Of a stretch of DNA of 64,000 nucleotides, positions 27,190-37,224 are shown piece by piece. The position numbers were made by a program, and so were the translations under genes. The stretch is from the sequence record NC_006883.2. The stretch is one strand, 5' to 3'. Position 1 is the first letter of the stretch. Each line of letters opens with the position of its first letter. Under the pieces are notes generated by a model, which did no database searches, was not told where the DNA came from, and saw only the letters and a list, made by a program, of their open reading frames with translations.

Positions 27190-27425
27190 TGACTGATAAA
27201 ACTTATGATGACTCCAATTGGAGGGAAGAATACAAGAACTATACTTCTAGTAGGTATGAGTTAGATCTACTTGAGAATGGTCCTCGTAGTTTATCTCAAT
27301 CTTGGATGATGAGTGCATTACATAATAAGTGGAAGAAGATGAAAGGATATAAAGATCCTTCACCACCAGACGTATCATCATCTATGAAAGAGTTTTTTCA
27401 ACGACAAAAAGATCAAGGTATTTAA
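27189..27425 (+). CDS. Conserved cyanophage hypothetical protein
   Basis: 78 aa, DDSNWREEY motif. Confidence 0.75.
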   Translation: MTDKTYDDSNWREEYKNYTSSRYELDLLENGPRSLSQSWMMSALHNKWKKMKGYKDPSPPDVSSSMKEFFQRQKDQGI

Positions 27426-27707
27426 ATGACTTTTCTAATAGCAGTAATGTCTTTTGCAAATTTTGTATTTTGGCCATTGGTCATAGGTACAATTATTGCA
27501 TTTGTTATTGAGCAGATTCTAAGACAAATAGGTAATGCATATGATCCTGTAGCAGTTAAGAAAGTAGATATTGCTATGCGTGTGAGAAAATATTTTTGGA
27601 GACAAGCTTGGTTATTTAATATAATATGGTTCGTATGTTATGGAATATTATTATTCGTAATGCGACCAGGACAACAAACAATGCCCGATATGATATGGCA
27701 AGGATAA
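27426..27707 (+). CDS. Membrane protein
   Basis: Two hydrophobic segments. Confidence 0.7.
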   Translation: MTFLIAVMSFANFVFWPLVIGTIIAFVIEQILRQIGNAYDPVAVKKVDIAMRVRKYFWRQAWLFNIIWFVCYGILLFVMRPGQQTMPDMIWQG

Positions 27708-27708
27708 A

Positions 27709-28410
27709 ATGACAGTAGCAGATTTTTCAGTTCAAATAAAAGAGGGAACAAAGAAGTCCCATTCAGCAGCAGAGAATACTTCTTTCGTTGCATCATTTCT
27801 TAGAGGTGTTGTAAGTAAAGAAAGTTATAAAGCATTAGTAAAGGATCTGTATTATGTTTACAGAACCTTGGAAGAGGAGTTTGAAAAGCATAAGGATCAT
27901 CCTGTAGTTGGAAAACTTTACCTCCCAGAACTTAATAGAGTTAATGCACTTGAAAGAGATCTTAGATTCTATTATGGACCTATATGGAGATCTTTAATTA
28001 TGCCTTCTGAGGCTTGTGCCAATTATGTAAGTAGAATCAAATGTTGTTCTATTGAAGATCCTACTCTATTAGTTGGACATCATTACACAAGATACTTGGG
28101 TGATTTATCAGGTGGACAGATACTTAAAGGTATTGCTGAGAAAGCAATGGGTCTCAAGGATGAAGGATTATATTTCTATGATTTTGATAAGATAGAAAAT
28201 GCCAAGAAATATAAGGATGGGTATAGAGCAATTCTTAATGGACTCGATGTAGATCAACATCAAGTAGATGCTATTATAGTAGAAGCGAATTATGCTTTTA
28301 GATTAAACATGTATATGTTTGATACCTTAGAAGGTAATTGGTTCCAGTCATTAATACAAATGATATTTGGTTTTATCAAGTCAATTCTAAAGAAAAGAAA
28401 AAGCGAATAG
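27709..28410 (+). CDS. ho1: Heme oxygenase
   Basis: TKKSHSAAE proximal His, HHYTRYLGDLSGGQ, EANYAF. Confidence 0.96.
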   Translation: MTVADFSVQIKEGTKKSHSAAENTSFVASFLRGVVSKESYKALVKDLYYVYRTLEEEFEKHKDHPVVGKLYLPELNRVNALERDLRFYYGPIWRSLIMPSEACANYVSRIKCCSIEDPTLLVGHHYTRYLGDLSGGQILKGIAEKAMGLKDEGLYFYDFDKIENAKKYKDGYRAILNGLDVDQHQVDAIIVEANYAFRLNMYMFDTLEGNWFQSLIQMIFGFIKSILKKRKSE

Positions 28411-28443
28411 TAATCAATAAATAATTGTAACTCGCAATAGTTT

Positions 28444-28815
28444 ATGACTATTCTCCATACTCCGAAGGCTTATGTGTTTAACTTACAAACTACAAGTTCA
28501 TCAGAAGCAAAACGATTATGGAGGAGGGATATAAAAGAAAGTTGGAATTTTAAATGTGCCTATTGTGGTAGTGAAGATCATCTTACAATAGATCACATAG
28601 TTCCTAGAGCAAAAGGTGGTCCTGATTTTACAAAGAACGTGTTGTGTTGCTGCCATTCTTGTAATCAAGATAAGGGACATGAAGATTGGGAAGAATGGTT
28701 TTTTAATCAGAGTTTTTTCTCTTTAGAAAGATATCATGAGATTAGAAAATGGATGAGACCCGATCCACCAAAGGACTTATTTGCGTATCGCCCAAGAAGG
28801 AATAATTTAACTTGA
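28444..28815 (+). CDS. HNH endonuclease
   Basis: CAYCG...TIDHIVP..KGG....N...CCHSCNQDKG. Confidence 0.92.
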   Translation: MTILHTPKAYVFNLQTTSSSEAKRLWRRDIKESWNFKCAYCGSEDHLTIDHIVPRAKGGPDFTKNVLCCCHSCNQDKGHEDWEEWFFNQSFFSLERYHEIRKWMRPDPPKDLFAYRPRRNNLT

Positions 28816-28873
28816 ATAAATAACTCAGCAGTATATACTGCTAGTTTTAAGGTACATACCGAAATCATTATAA

Positions 28874-30727
28874 ATGGCGACTCCGTTTAGAATTAAACGA
28901 TCTGCCGTTCCTGGGAAAGGACCGTCAGTATCTGACCTACAATTAGGTGAATTAGCTCTTAATACTTATGATGCTGAACTGTATACACTACGTTCACGTC
29001 CTGGTATTGGCACGGAAGTTGTAAAAATCGGTGGTGCTGCAATAGAGAATGTTTTATATGTCAACAAAGACGGAGACGACGGAAATTCAGGATCAACCCC
29101 TGCCGACGCAAAAGCAACCCTCAAAGCAGCAGTTGGAATCGCATCAGAGGGAACTGCGATTAAAGTTGCTGCTGGAACTTATATAGAAAACAATCCTATA
29201 AAAGTACCGAAACAAGTTAGTATTGTTGGAGACAGTTTGAGAGAAGTAACTGTATCTCCTCAGAATGCTGATGAGGATATGTTCCACGTATCTCCTGGAG
29301 ATATGATAAGTGAAATAACATTTTCGGGGACAGTAGATAAAGGTGTTGCGGTAATAGCATTTGATCCTGATAAAATTCAATATGTTAATCAATCACCTTA
29401 CATAAGATTTTGTACCAATAGAGTTGCTAATAGTATTGGTTTAAAGGTAGATGGTAATAAAGCAGTAGGACCATTTAAGAGTATGGTTACAGACTCCTAC
29501 ACTCAGTATAATGTGAGTGGTATAGGGGTCTCTGTTAGTAATGAGGGATATGCTCAGATAGTTTCATTATTTACGATGAACCTTGATGAAGCAGTTGCTT
29601 GTCATTCTGGTGGGCAATGTGATGTAACAAACTCCAACTCTTCATTTGGTAATTATGGATTAGTTGCTGATGGTGTAGGAGCACTTCAATATACAGGAAC
29701 CATAGCATCAGAAGCTAAAGAGAATACTGATAAGTTTGAGGTTAATTTAAGTACATCTTCAGTTAATATTTCTAATTTTGTTTATGATAATGTAAGTGGA
29801 TTGGCAACAGTTACTACTAGTTCTGCTCATGGATTCAATGTTGGAATGGGAGTTACTATTGCAGGTGTTCAACTAACTTGCCCTTATGGAACAAAGACAT
29901 ATCCACATCAAGCTCCATATGTGTTTACAGTTGATACTGTTCCAAACACAACATCCTTTACTACAAATATAGGAATATCAACTCTTGCTCATTCTTATTT
30001 TGGTGGTGGTACTGCAAAGATAAATTTGATTAGACCTTTTGATGGTAAGGCTGTTTATTTTGAGAATGAATATAATACTATTGGAAAAATAAAACTTACT
30101 AATCCTGGTAGTGGATATAATACTGCACCTACCGTTACTATAGGAGATCCTAGTACTTCAAGTACTTTTGGTGTTACTGCGACAGCATTAGCAACTATAA
30201 TTGGTAGTAAGGTTGACGAGATTCAAATTCTCTCAAATGGTAGAGGATATACTTCTCTACCATCTGTTACAATTTCTGCTCCTGATGTTGGGATAAATAC
30301 AGCAACAGCTACCGTAGAATTACTTCCAACTTATTATACTGTTAAAGAATCAACTCCAATTTCTGCTGGAATTTGTACTATTACAATAAACGAAACCCTT
30401 CCATATTCTGTTGGTGTTGGAACAACAGTTCCTTTCTTTAGACAAAGTAGAATATTAGCATCCAGTCATTCCTTCCAATATATTGGAAGTGGTGTTGATC
30501 CTATTAATTCTCTTCCTTCTCGTGGAGGTGTTACTATACAGGAGAATGAAGTTGATAACCGTAATGGTGGATTAGTTGTATACACTAGTACTGATCAAGG
30601 TGGAAACTTTAGAATCGGTGATGGTGTTCAAATAGACCAAATTAGCGGAACTATTACTGGTACTTCTTATTCTAAGAGTTTATTTGCCAATGTTACACCA
30701 TTAATTCTAGCACTAGGAGGAGAATAA
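28874..30727 (+). CDS. Virion structural/tail-fibre protein (beta-helix-like)
   Basis: KVAAGTYIE..VSIVGDSLR and YTSTDQGGNFRIG motifs shared with 41615 protein. Confidence 0.75.
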   Translation: MATPFRIKRSAVPGKGPSVSDLQLGELALNTYDAELYTLRSRPGIGTEVVKIGGAAIENVLYVNKDGDDGNSGSTPADAKATLKAAVGIASEGTAIKVAAGTYIENNPIKVPKQVSIVGDSLREVTVSPQNADEDMFHVSPGDMISEITFSGTVDKGVAVIAFDPDKIQYVNQSPYIRFCTNRVANSIGLKVDGNKAVGPFKSMVTDSYTQYNVSGIGVSVSNEGYAQIVSLFTMNLDEAVACHSGGQCDVTNSNSSFGNYGLVADGVGALQYTGTIASEAKENTDKFEVNLSTSSVNISNFVYDNVSGLATVTTSSAHGFNVGMGVTIAGVQLTCPYGTKTYPHQAPYVFTVDTVPNTTSFTTNIGISTLAHSYFGGGTAKINLIRPFDGKAVYFENEYNTIGKIKLTNPGSGYNTAPTVTIGDPSTSSTFGVTATALATIIGSKVDEIQILSNGRGYTSLPSVTISAPDVGINTATATVELLPTYYTVKESTPISAGICTITINETLPYSVGVGTTVPFFRQSRILASSHSFQYIGSGVDPINSLPSRGGVTIQENEVDNRNGGLVVYTSTDQGGNFRIGDGVQIDQISGTITGTSYSKSLFANVTPLILALGGE

Positions 30728-30731
30728 TAAA

Positions 30732-31073
30732 ATGGCATTACCATTAAACGTATTTCAAACAATAACATATGTCGCACCAGGAAGTCCAGTTGGAATTTAT
30801 ACTGCTCCAGTTGGATATAGTGGTGTTATTTTAGGTTGTCAAGCAACGAATGTAGATTCTACATCACATACAGTATCATTAGATCATGTAAGAACTAGAA
30901 CTGGTATTGCTGTTACTACTGAGATTGTAAAGCAAATGCCTATTCAAGGTCATGATACTATGAATTTGACTTCTGGAAAGATAGTGCTTGAAACTGGCGA
31001 TGAACTTAAATTATCTGCAAGCAATCCTAATCATGTAAAATTTATTGGAAGTATATTAGAAACCCTTAATTAG
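30732..31073 (+). CDS. Small fibre-associated protein (~110-aa module)
   Basis: IYTAPVG...KIVLETGDELKL; related to 45648 and 55322 N-terminal repeats. Confidence 0.7.
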   Translation: MALPLNVFQTITYVAPGSPVGIYTAPVGYSGVILGCQATNVDSTSHTVSLDHVRTRTGIAVTTEIVKQMPIQGHDTMNLTSGKIVLETGDELKLSASNPNHVKFIGSILETLN

Positions 31074-31084
31074 TATATCAAGTA

Positions 31085-34000
31085 ATGACAAGGTTTAGAA
31101 GCGGAAGAGTCCCCCATCAACATATCGGTATTAGTTCTTTTACCGAAGATAAGCTTGTCCTTGATGTAATAGGTAATGCCACGATTAGTGGTACTTTAAG
31201 TGTTGGTGTTGGAACTAATAATAGTGGTAATGGTAATATTAGTATTGGTGGAACTACTGGAACAATAGGTCAGTATTTAAAATCCACTGGTGTTGGAGTT
31301 ACTTGGGCTGATTTTGCTGATGTAAGAGATTCTCAATCCTTTGTTGCAACTGCAGGACAAACAACATTTGTATTTACTGCAAATGAACTTAATCAATATA
31401 ATCCAAATTTTATTGATGTATATGTTAATGGTGTTAAATTAATTAATAGTGAATATGATGCATTTAATGGATCTAATGTAGTTTTAAAATCTGCGTGTTT
31501 TGCTGGAGATATTGTTGAGTTAATTTCTTATAATACAAATCAAATTACTAATGGTATGGGTGGAAGTACCATTGGTATTAACACCTTTGCTACATCAACC
31601 TTTACTCATATAGGTGCAAGTGGGGTTGTAACTGCTACAACTTATTATGGTGATGGATCTAATTTAACAGGAGTAACAACTTCTTTACGTTCTGAGTATG
31701 CTGATGTATCTGGCATTTCAACTATCTCTCAAGGGTTAACTGGAACACCTGATATTGCAGTAAGAAATATTAATGTTGGTATTGCAACTTTTACTGGGAA
31801 CCTTGATGCTGTTGATGCTTCCTTTAGTGGAAATGTATCTATCGGTGGAACATTAACATACGAAGATGTAACAAATATAGATTCAGTTGGACTTATAACT
31901 GCTAGAAATGGTATAGATGTAACTGGTCCTATAAAGGGGTTTAGTTATACTCAATCACCATATAGTAATACTGTAGAAACAATAATAGTAAAAGTAGTAA
32001 CTAAAACTGCAGCACACCGATATAATGGTAATGGTAGTTCACTTGGATATACTTTTGATGGTGTCGAATCTCCTTTCCTCACGTTAACACCTGGTAAAAC
32101 TTATAGATTTGATCAATCAGATAATTCAAACCTTACACATCAATTAAGATTTTATTTAGATCCTGAGAAGGTAGTAGAATATCTTAGAACTCCTGGTGAG
32201 ATTGTTTATAGTGGAGCAGCAGGTTCTAATGGTTCTTATACTGAAATTCAAATACTTGATGATACCCCAACGGTCTTATATTATCAATGCGTAAACCATT
32301 CTTATATGGGTAATGCGGTTCAGGTTAATACTGGACACGCTATTGGATTTGCAACAGCAGCATCTATAGACACATCTGGTATTATAACTGCATTTAGATA
32401 TTATGGTGATGGAACATATCTAAGTGGAGTACAATCTCAACTTGTAATACAAGAAGAGGGTGGTGCTGTAGGTACTGCTGGAACAATTAATTTTGTTGGT
32501 GTTGGTGTAACAGCATCGGTTACTGATGATATTGCAACAATTCAAGTTGGTAATCATTTTGCTGTTACTGCTGGTATTGCTACTGTTGCTGAAGGGATAA
32601 CAGGATCTCCAAATGCTTCATTCTCTGGTATAACTGCAACAGGATTGCAGATGACTGGATTATGTACTGCTGGTACTTTTGTTGGTAACTTAGTTGGTGG
32701 TGTTGCTGGTGGTAATTGGGGTGGATATGATTCAACTGCTACTAATAATGTAAGTGCTGGTCAAAATGTAAGTGCTGGTCAATCAGTAACAGCAGGAAAT
32801 GGATTCTATGGTGATGGTTCTGGTATAACAAATCTTGTTACAACCTCAGATACCGCACCAAGTAATCCTACTGATGGTAATCTTTGGTGGAAATCTGATG
32901 AAGGTCAATTAAAAATATATTATCAAGATGCTGATAGTGCTCAATGGGTAGATGCAAATGCTAGTGGTGGAGCTGGTTCTTCTGGTGGATCTAGCGATCT
33001 ATTAAATGACACAACACCACAGTTGGGAGGAACACTAGATCTTAATAACCGTGATATTACTGGAACTGGTAATATATCCATTAATGGAGGTTTAACTTTA
33101 ATTGGTGGTACAAGTAATATAGGTAATGTATACTCGACTGGTATTGTAACTGCTTCAACTTTCTATGGAAACATTGTAGGTGATCTTAGTGGTACTTCTA
33201 CTGGTAATGTAACTGGAACTGTTAATGCTACTGGATTATCTACTTTTACTACCCTTGACATAAATGGTGATGTTAATGTTAGTGGTGCATCTACTATAAC
33301 TGGTGCTCTTGATGTAACTGATAGTGTTGATGCACATAGTATAAATGTTTCTACAGCAGTAACGGCAATATCATTCCACGGTGATGGACAATATTTAACT
33401 AACATATATTCTGCACCTCCACAAGGTATTAGTACAACTGGATATACTGGATTAACAAATTTATTCTGTGGTGGATACTTAGAGGTAGATGGTCAATCTA
33501 TCCTTGATGATGTTATTGTATCTGCTGCTGCAACTTTCCAAGGTGCTTTAAGTGCTAATACAGGACCAGTTACTCTTAACAATGCAACTATTAATGGTAC
33601 TACAAATGTAACTGGTCCATCTACGCTTACAACTGTTAATGTGGTTGGTCATTCAGAATTAGATAATGTAAATATTTCTGGTGTTGCTACTGCTATAGGT
33701 TTTGTTGGACCTTTGACTGGTAATGCTGCTACTGCTTCTAATTTAAGTGGATCCCCAAGTATTAGTGTTACGAATGTATCTGCTGGAATTATAACTGCAA
33801 CTAACGGTTATTATGGAAATGTAAATGTTAATAATCAAAATATTGAAGTTGGTAATTGTACCACTCAAGGAACCGATAATACTATAAAGGTAGGATCTAG
33901 TGCATTAGAAATTTTCCATAGACCTGCTGCATATGCAACTTATCTTCAAAATAAAGCAGATACAAACCTCTTTATAACTGGTAATGATGCTACTGGAACT

Positions 34001-34597
34001 TGGGGTAATATATTCATTAGACCTTATCTAAGTAACTTTAGTGGAGTTGCTTGTTGGTGGGGCGGTGCTACAGAATTATTCTATGGTAATAATAACACTA
34101 AGAGATTGGAGACGACTTCTGGTGGTGTTAATATTATTGGAACCCTGAGTAAGAGTGGTGGATCGTTTAAGATTCCTCATCCAGTATCAGGATTATCTAC
34201 CACTAAGCACTTAGTTCATTCTTTCCTTGAAGGTCCACAAATGGATCTTATCTATCGTGGTAAGGTTGATTTGGTTGGTGGTACTGCTACAGTTAATATT
34301 GATACCAAGGCTGGTATGACTGAAGGGACATTTGTTTTATTAAATAGAGATGTTCAATGTTTTACTACAAATGAAACTGGGTGGACAGCAGTGAAGGGTT
34401 CTGTAACTGGTAATGAGATTACTATAGTTGCACAAGATAATAGTTGTACTGATACTATTTCTTGGATGGTTGTTGGTGAAAGACAAGATGATACTGTTAA
34501 GGCATTAGATATGACTGATAGTGAGGGTAACTTAATTGTTGAACCAGATCAACCAGCAGCAGACACAAAACATGCTGATGTTCAAGCACAGTTATAG
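31085..34597 (+). CDS. Long tail-fibre protein with cupredoxin-like module
   Basis: 1170 aa, repeated GIVTAxxFYGDGS units, HQLRF...YYQCVNHSYMG. Confidence 0.8.
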   Translation: MTRFRSGRVPHQHIGISSFTEDKLVLDVIGNATISGTLSVGVGTNNSGNGNISIGGTTGTIGQYLKSTGVGVTWADFADVRDSQSFVATAGQTTFVFTANELNQYNPNFIDVYVNGVKLINSEYDAFNGSNVVLKSACFAGDIVELISYNTNQITNGMGGSTIGINTFATSTFTHIGASGVVTATTYYGDGSNLTGVTTSLRSEYADVSGISTISQGLTGTPDIAVRNINVGIATFTGNLDAVDASFSGNVSIGGTLTYEDVTNIDSVGLITARNGIDVTGPIKGFSYTQSPYSNTVETIIVKVVTKTAAHRYNGNGSSLGYTFDGVESPFLTLTPGKTYRFDQSDNSNLTHQLRFYLDPEKVVEYLRTPGEIVYSGAAGSNGSYTEIQILDDTPTVLYYQCVNHSYMGNAVQVNTGHAIGFATAASIDTSGIITAFRYYGDGTYLSGVQSQLVIQEEGGAVGTAGTINFVGVGVTASVTDDIATIQVGNHFAVTAGIATVAEGITGSPNASFSGITATGLQMTGLCTAGTFVGNLVGGVAGGNWGGYDSTATNNVSAGQNVSAGQSVTAGNGFYGDGSGITNLVTTSDTAPSNPTDGNLWWKSDEGQLKIYYQDADSAQWVDANASGGAGSSGGSSDLLNDTTPQLGGTLDLNNRDITGTGNISINGGLTLIGGTSNIGNVYSTGIVTASTFYGNIVGDLSGTSTGNVTGTVNATGLSTFTTLDINGDVNVSGASTITGALDVTDSVDAHSINVSTAVTAISFHGDGQYLTNIYSAPPQGISTTGYTGLTNLFCGGYLEVDGQSILDDVIVSAAATFQGALSANTGPVTLNNATINGTTNVTGPSTLTTVNVVGHSELDNVNISGVATAIGFVGPLTGNAATASNLSGSPSISVTNVSAGIITATNGYYGNVNVNNQNIEVGNCTTQGTDNTIKVGSSALEIFHRPAAYATYLQNKADTNLFITGNDATGTWGNIFIRPYLSNFSGVACWWGGATELFYGNNNTKRLETTSGGVNIIGTLSKSGGSFKIPHPVSGLSTTKHLVHSFLEGPQMDLIYRGKVDLVGGTATVNIDTKAGMTEGTFVLLNRDVQCFTTNETGWTAVKGSVTGNEITIVAQDNSCTDTISWMVVGERQDDTVKALDMTDSEGNLIVEPDQPAADTKHADVQAQL

Positions 34598-34607
34598 AGG
34601 TAAATAA

Positions 34608-35372
34608 ATGGCTATTAATTTTCCAAGCAATCCTAGCGTAAACGATACTCACACTGCAAATAATATTACATGGAAGTGGGATGGAACAACTTGGAAAGTT
34701 GGCATAACCACTTTTAATGCTGCTACTATTCCAGGTATTAGCACATCAGGGACATCATATTTTTATGATTTAGATGTTGCTCATAATGTATCAGTGGGTT
34801 CTTCTATAACTGCTGGTACTTATTTTGGTGATGGTGCTGGTTTAACAAATGTTGCTGGTACTACTGGTCCTGCTGGTCCTACTGGTTCTCCTGGTCCTGC
34901 TGGTCCTGCTGGTGGAACTGGTCCACAAGGTTCACCTGGTCCTGCTGGTTCGCCTGGTGCAACTGGTCCTGTTGGAAATCCTGGTCCTACTGGTCCTTCT
35001 GGTGGTCCTGTTGGTCCTCCAGGTCCTCCTGGTCCTGCTGGTGGTGGAACGGGTGGAACTATTGGTAGTGGATCCTTTAATGCAGTTGCAGGTCAAACAG
35101 TTCAGTTGGATAGTGTTACACAGGCTCATTTACTATCTGATTATGATATGTATTTCAGTCATAGTGCTGGTACACAATCTCAAAAAGTTACAGTATTAAA
35201 TGCTGGTGGAACTACTGCACACTCTCAACAATTTGGTATTATGTTTAATAATAATTTACTTGTTTCTGTTGGATCATCTATTCATAATAGTAATTTAACT
35301 GTAAATGTTACACCAGAGCCAGGAATAACTGGCACAGTAACGTATAAGTTCCTTAGAACGGAGGTATCATGA
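34608..35372 (+). CDS. Collagen-like fibre protein
   Basis: [17 protein letters not shown] head; ~20 Gly-X-Y triplets. Confidence 0.85.
   Translation: MAINFPSNPSVNDTHTANNITWKWDGTTWKVGITTFNAATIPGISTSGTSYFYDLDVAHNVSVGSSITAGTYFGDGAGLTNVAGTTGPAGPTGSPGPAGPAGGTGPQGSPGPAGSPGATGPVGNPGPTGPSGGPVGPPGPPGPAGGGTGGTIGSGSFNAVAGQTVQLDSVTQAHLLSDYDMYFSHSAGTQSQKVTVLNAGGTTAHSQQFGIMFNNNLLVSVGSSIHNSNLTVNVTPEPGITGTVTYKFLRTEVS
34857..35042 (+). repeat. Collagen Gly-X-Y coding repeat
   Basis: Repeated ggtcct(g/a)ct units. Confidence 0.9.
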
Positions 35373-37204
35373 TTAGTACAACATTAGATTCAAATACTGG
35401 AAGAGTTCTTGTTGTTCATAGCACTTCTGCTCAACCATATACTGTTTGTGTAAAGGATGCTGCGGATTGGGCAGAGATTCATAATTATATAATCAATGAA
35501 AATAATATAGATGATATTCCAAATAGGAAGATTGATTGTACATCAGAGATGCAGTGTTCTCCTAAGAGAGGTGTATATGAAATCTCTCCTGCAGAGGCAG
35601 ATGTATTAAAGAATCACCCTAAGATTGAATGGGTATTGAGGTCTGCTTTATATAATGAGTATGAATTAGAACAGAGAAAATATGATCAAGAGTTTGATCA
35701 ACACATTACTACTAATAGATTTAAATATGATGTAACTAATAGAAGGTTTTCAACCAGTGGTGGAGGTAATCCAGGAAACACTTTAGATTTTACTCAGTGG
35801 GGATTATATCGTCACTCTCATAGGAGTAATAAGTTTATTAATGCTACAACTATAACTGAAGATCTGCAGTATACTTTATCGGGGAAAAATGTTGATGTTG
35901 TTATTATGGATACTGGAGTTCGTTGGAATCACCCAGAATTTTTAAAACCAGGATACACATCTGTTGCTAATAGTTTAGCTTGTGAAACTGAGAGTAGAGT
36001 TAGAGATATATTAATTCATGGTGAATCTGAATATGGAATCAATTGGTCTGCTAATGGATTATCTGCACCTGGATCAGGAGCATTTGGAAATTATAATGTT
36101 GCTGGTGCTTTATTGATGCATAATAATGGTAATCAAAATAATAGTTTAGCAAACCATCATGGTTCTCACTGTGCTGGAACTGCTGCTGGTAATCAGTTTG
36201 GTCATGCTTTTGAAGCAAATATATGGTCTATTGCTTGTGTTGATAGAAGTGATCTTGGATGGTCAAATCCTTCTGATGGATTTGATTATATTAAAGTTTG
36301 GCATAAGAATAAACCAATTAATCCATTAACTGGTAGAAGAAATCCTACAGTTGTTAATGGTAGTTGGGGAAATAGGCAATTTTGGAATTATAATAATGCT
36401 CATATTGCAACCTTTAGAGGAACTGCTTATAACGAGACTCAAATAAATTCTACTACTGCACCTGCAGTACATTATATGTCTTATGGTTTCAGTACTTATA
36501 ATGAGTTTACTGCTAAACAAACATATGGTCAATCAGAAGCAGATGAATTATTTGATGATCCTGATTGTAAGGATATAGTATTTTGTTTTGCTGCAGGTAA
36601 TTCTAATGATAAACAGGAGATTCCTTCAGGGAGAGATTATCATAATGAAATGACTTCTGCTACTTTTTATTATAGTTCTGGGTATGAACATTATTATAAT
36701 AGATCTGGAACACCTGCTATATCTGGGGAAGGAAGAGATGATGCTGCGATAGTTGTTGGATCTATTGATGCTACAAGACAGACAACTGGAGGGCAAGAAA
36801 GATGTTCCTCTTTCAGTAATAGAGGTCCAAGAATTGATGTTTGGGCTGGAGGATCTATTATCTTAAGTCCATATGCAACTGGATATGCTGATCCAAGAAA
36901 TAATAATTTTTATAATTATGCTATAAGTGGAACTAGTATGGCAACACCTCAAGTATGTGGTGTGATGGCGTTGTATTTGGAATCTCAACCACAGGCAACT
37001 AGAGCAGATGCTAGAAAATGGTTGTATAATCATGGATCTTGTGAAGTTGCTGACACTGAATATTATGATCCATACCAAAGTAATGGTGATACTGATTCAA
37101 ACTACTGGGGTAACACTTATAGTTTGAAGAGTTCTCCTCGTAGGATTTTATTTAATCCTTTCGCTAATAATGGTGAATCATCCATTACTGGCATTTCATT
37201 CTAA
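35369..37204 (+). CDS. Subtilisin-like serine protease (S8)
   Basis: Triad: VIMDTG, HHGSHCAGTAAG, SGTSMATPQV; oxyanion FAAGN. Confidence 0.92.
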   Translation: MISTTLDSNTGRVLVVHSTSAQPYTVCVKDAADWAEIHNYIINENNIDDIPNRKIDCTSEMQCSPKRGVYEISPAEADVLKNHPKIEWVLRSALYNEYELEQRKYDQEFDQHITTNRFKYDVTNRRFSTSGGGNPGNTLDFTQWGLYRHSHRSNKFINATTITEDLQYTLSGKNVDVVIMDTGVRWNHPEFLKPGYTSVANSLACETESRVRDILIHGESEYGINWSANGLSAPGSGAFGNYNVAGALLMHNNGNQNNSLANHHGSHCAGTAAGNQFGHAFEANIWSIACVDRSDLGWSNPSDGFDYIKVWHKNKPINPLTGRRNPTVVNGSWGNRQFWNYNNAHIATFRGTAYNETQINSTTAPAVHYMSYGFSTYNEFTAKQTYGQSEADELFDDPDCKDIVFCFAAGNSNDKQEIPSGRDYHNEMTSATFYYSSGYEHYYNRSGTPAISGEGRDDAAIVVGSIDATRQTTGGQERCSSFSNRGPRIDVWAGGSIILSPYATGYADPRNNNFYNYAISGTSMATPQVCGVMALYLESQPQATRADARKWLYNHGSCEVADTEYYDPYQSNGDTDSNYWGNTYSLKSSPRRILFNPFANNGESSITGISF

Positions 37205-37224
37205 ATATTTAAAAAATAAAGCAA

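Noticed and set aside
34849-35199. 116-aa LLV-repeat ORF
   Set aside because: Frame-shifted shadow of the collagen ggtcct repeats.
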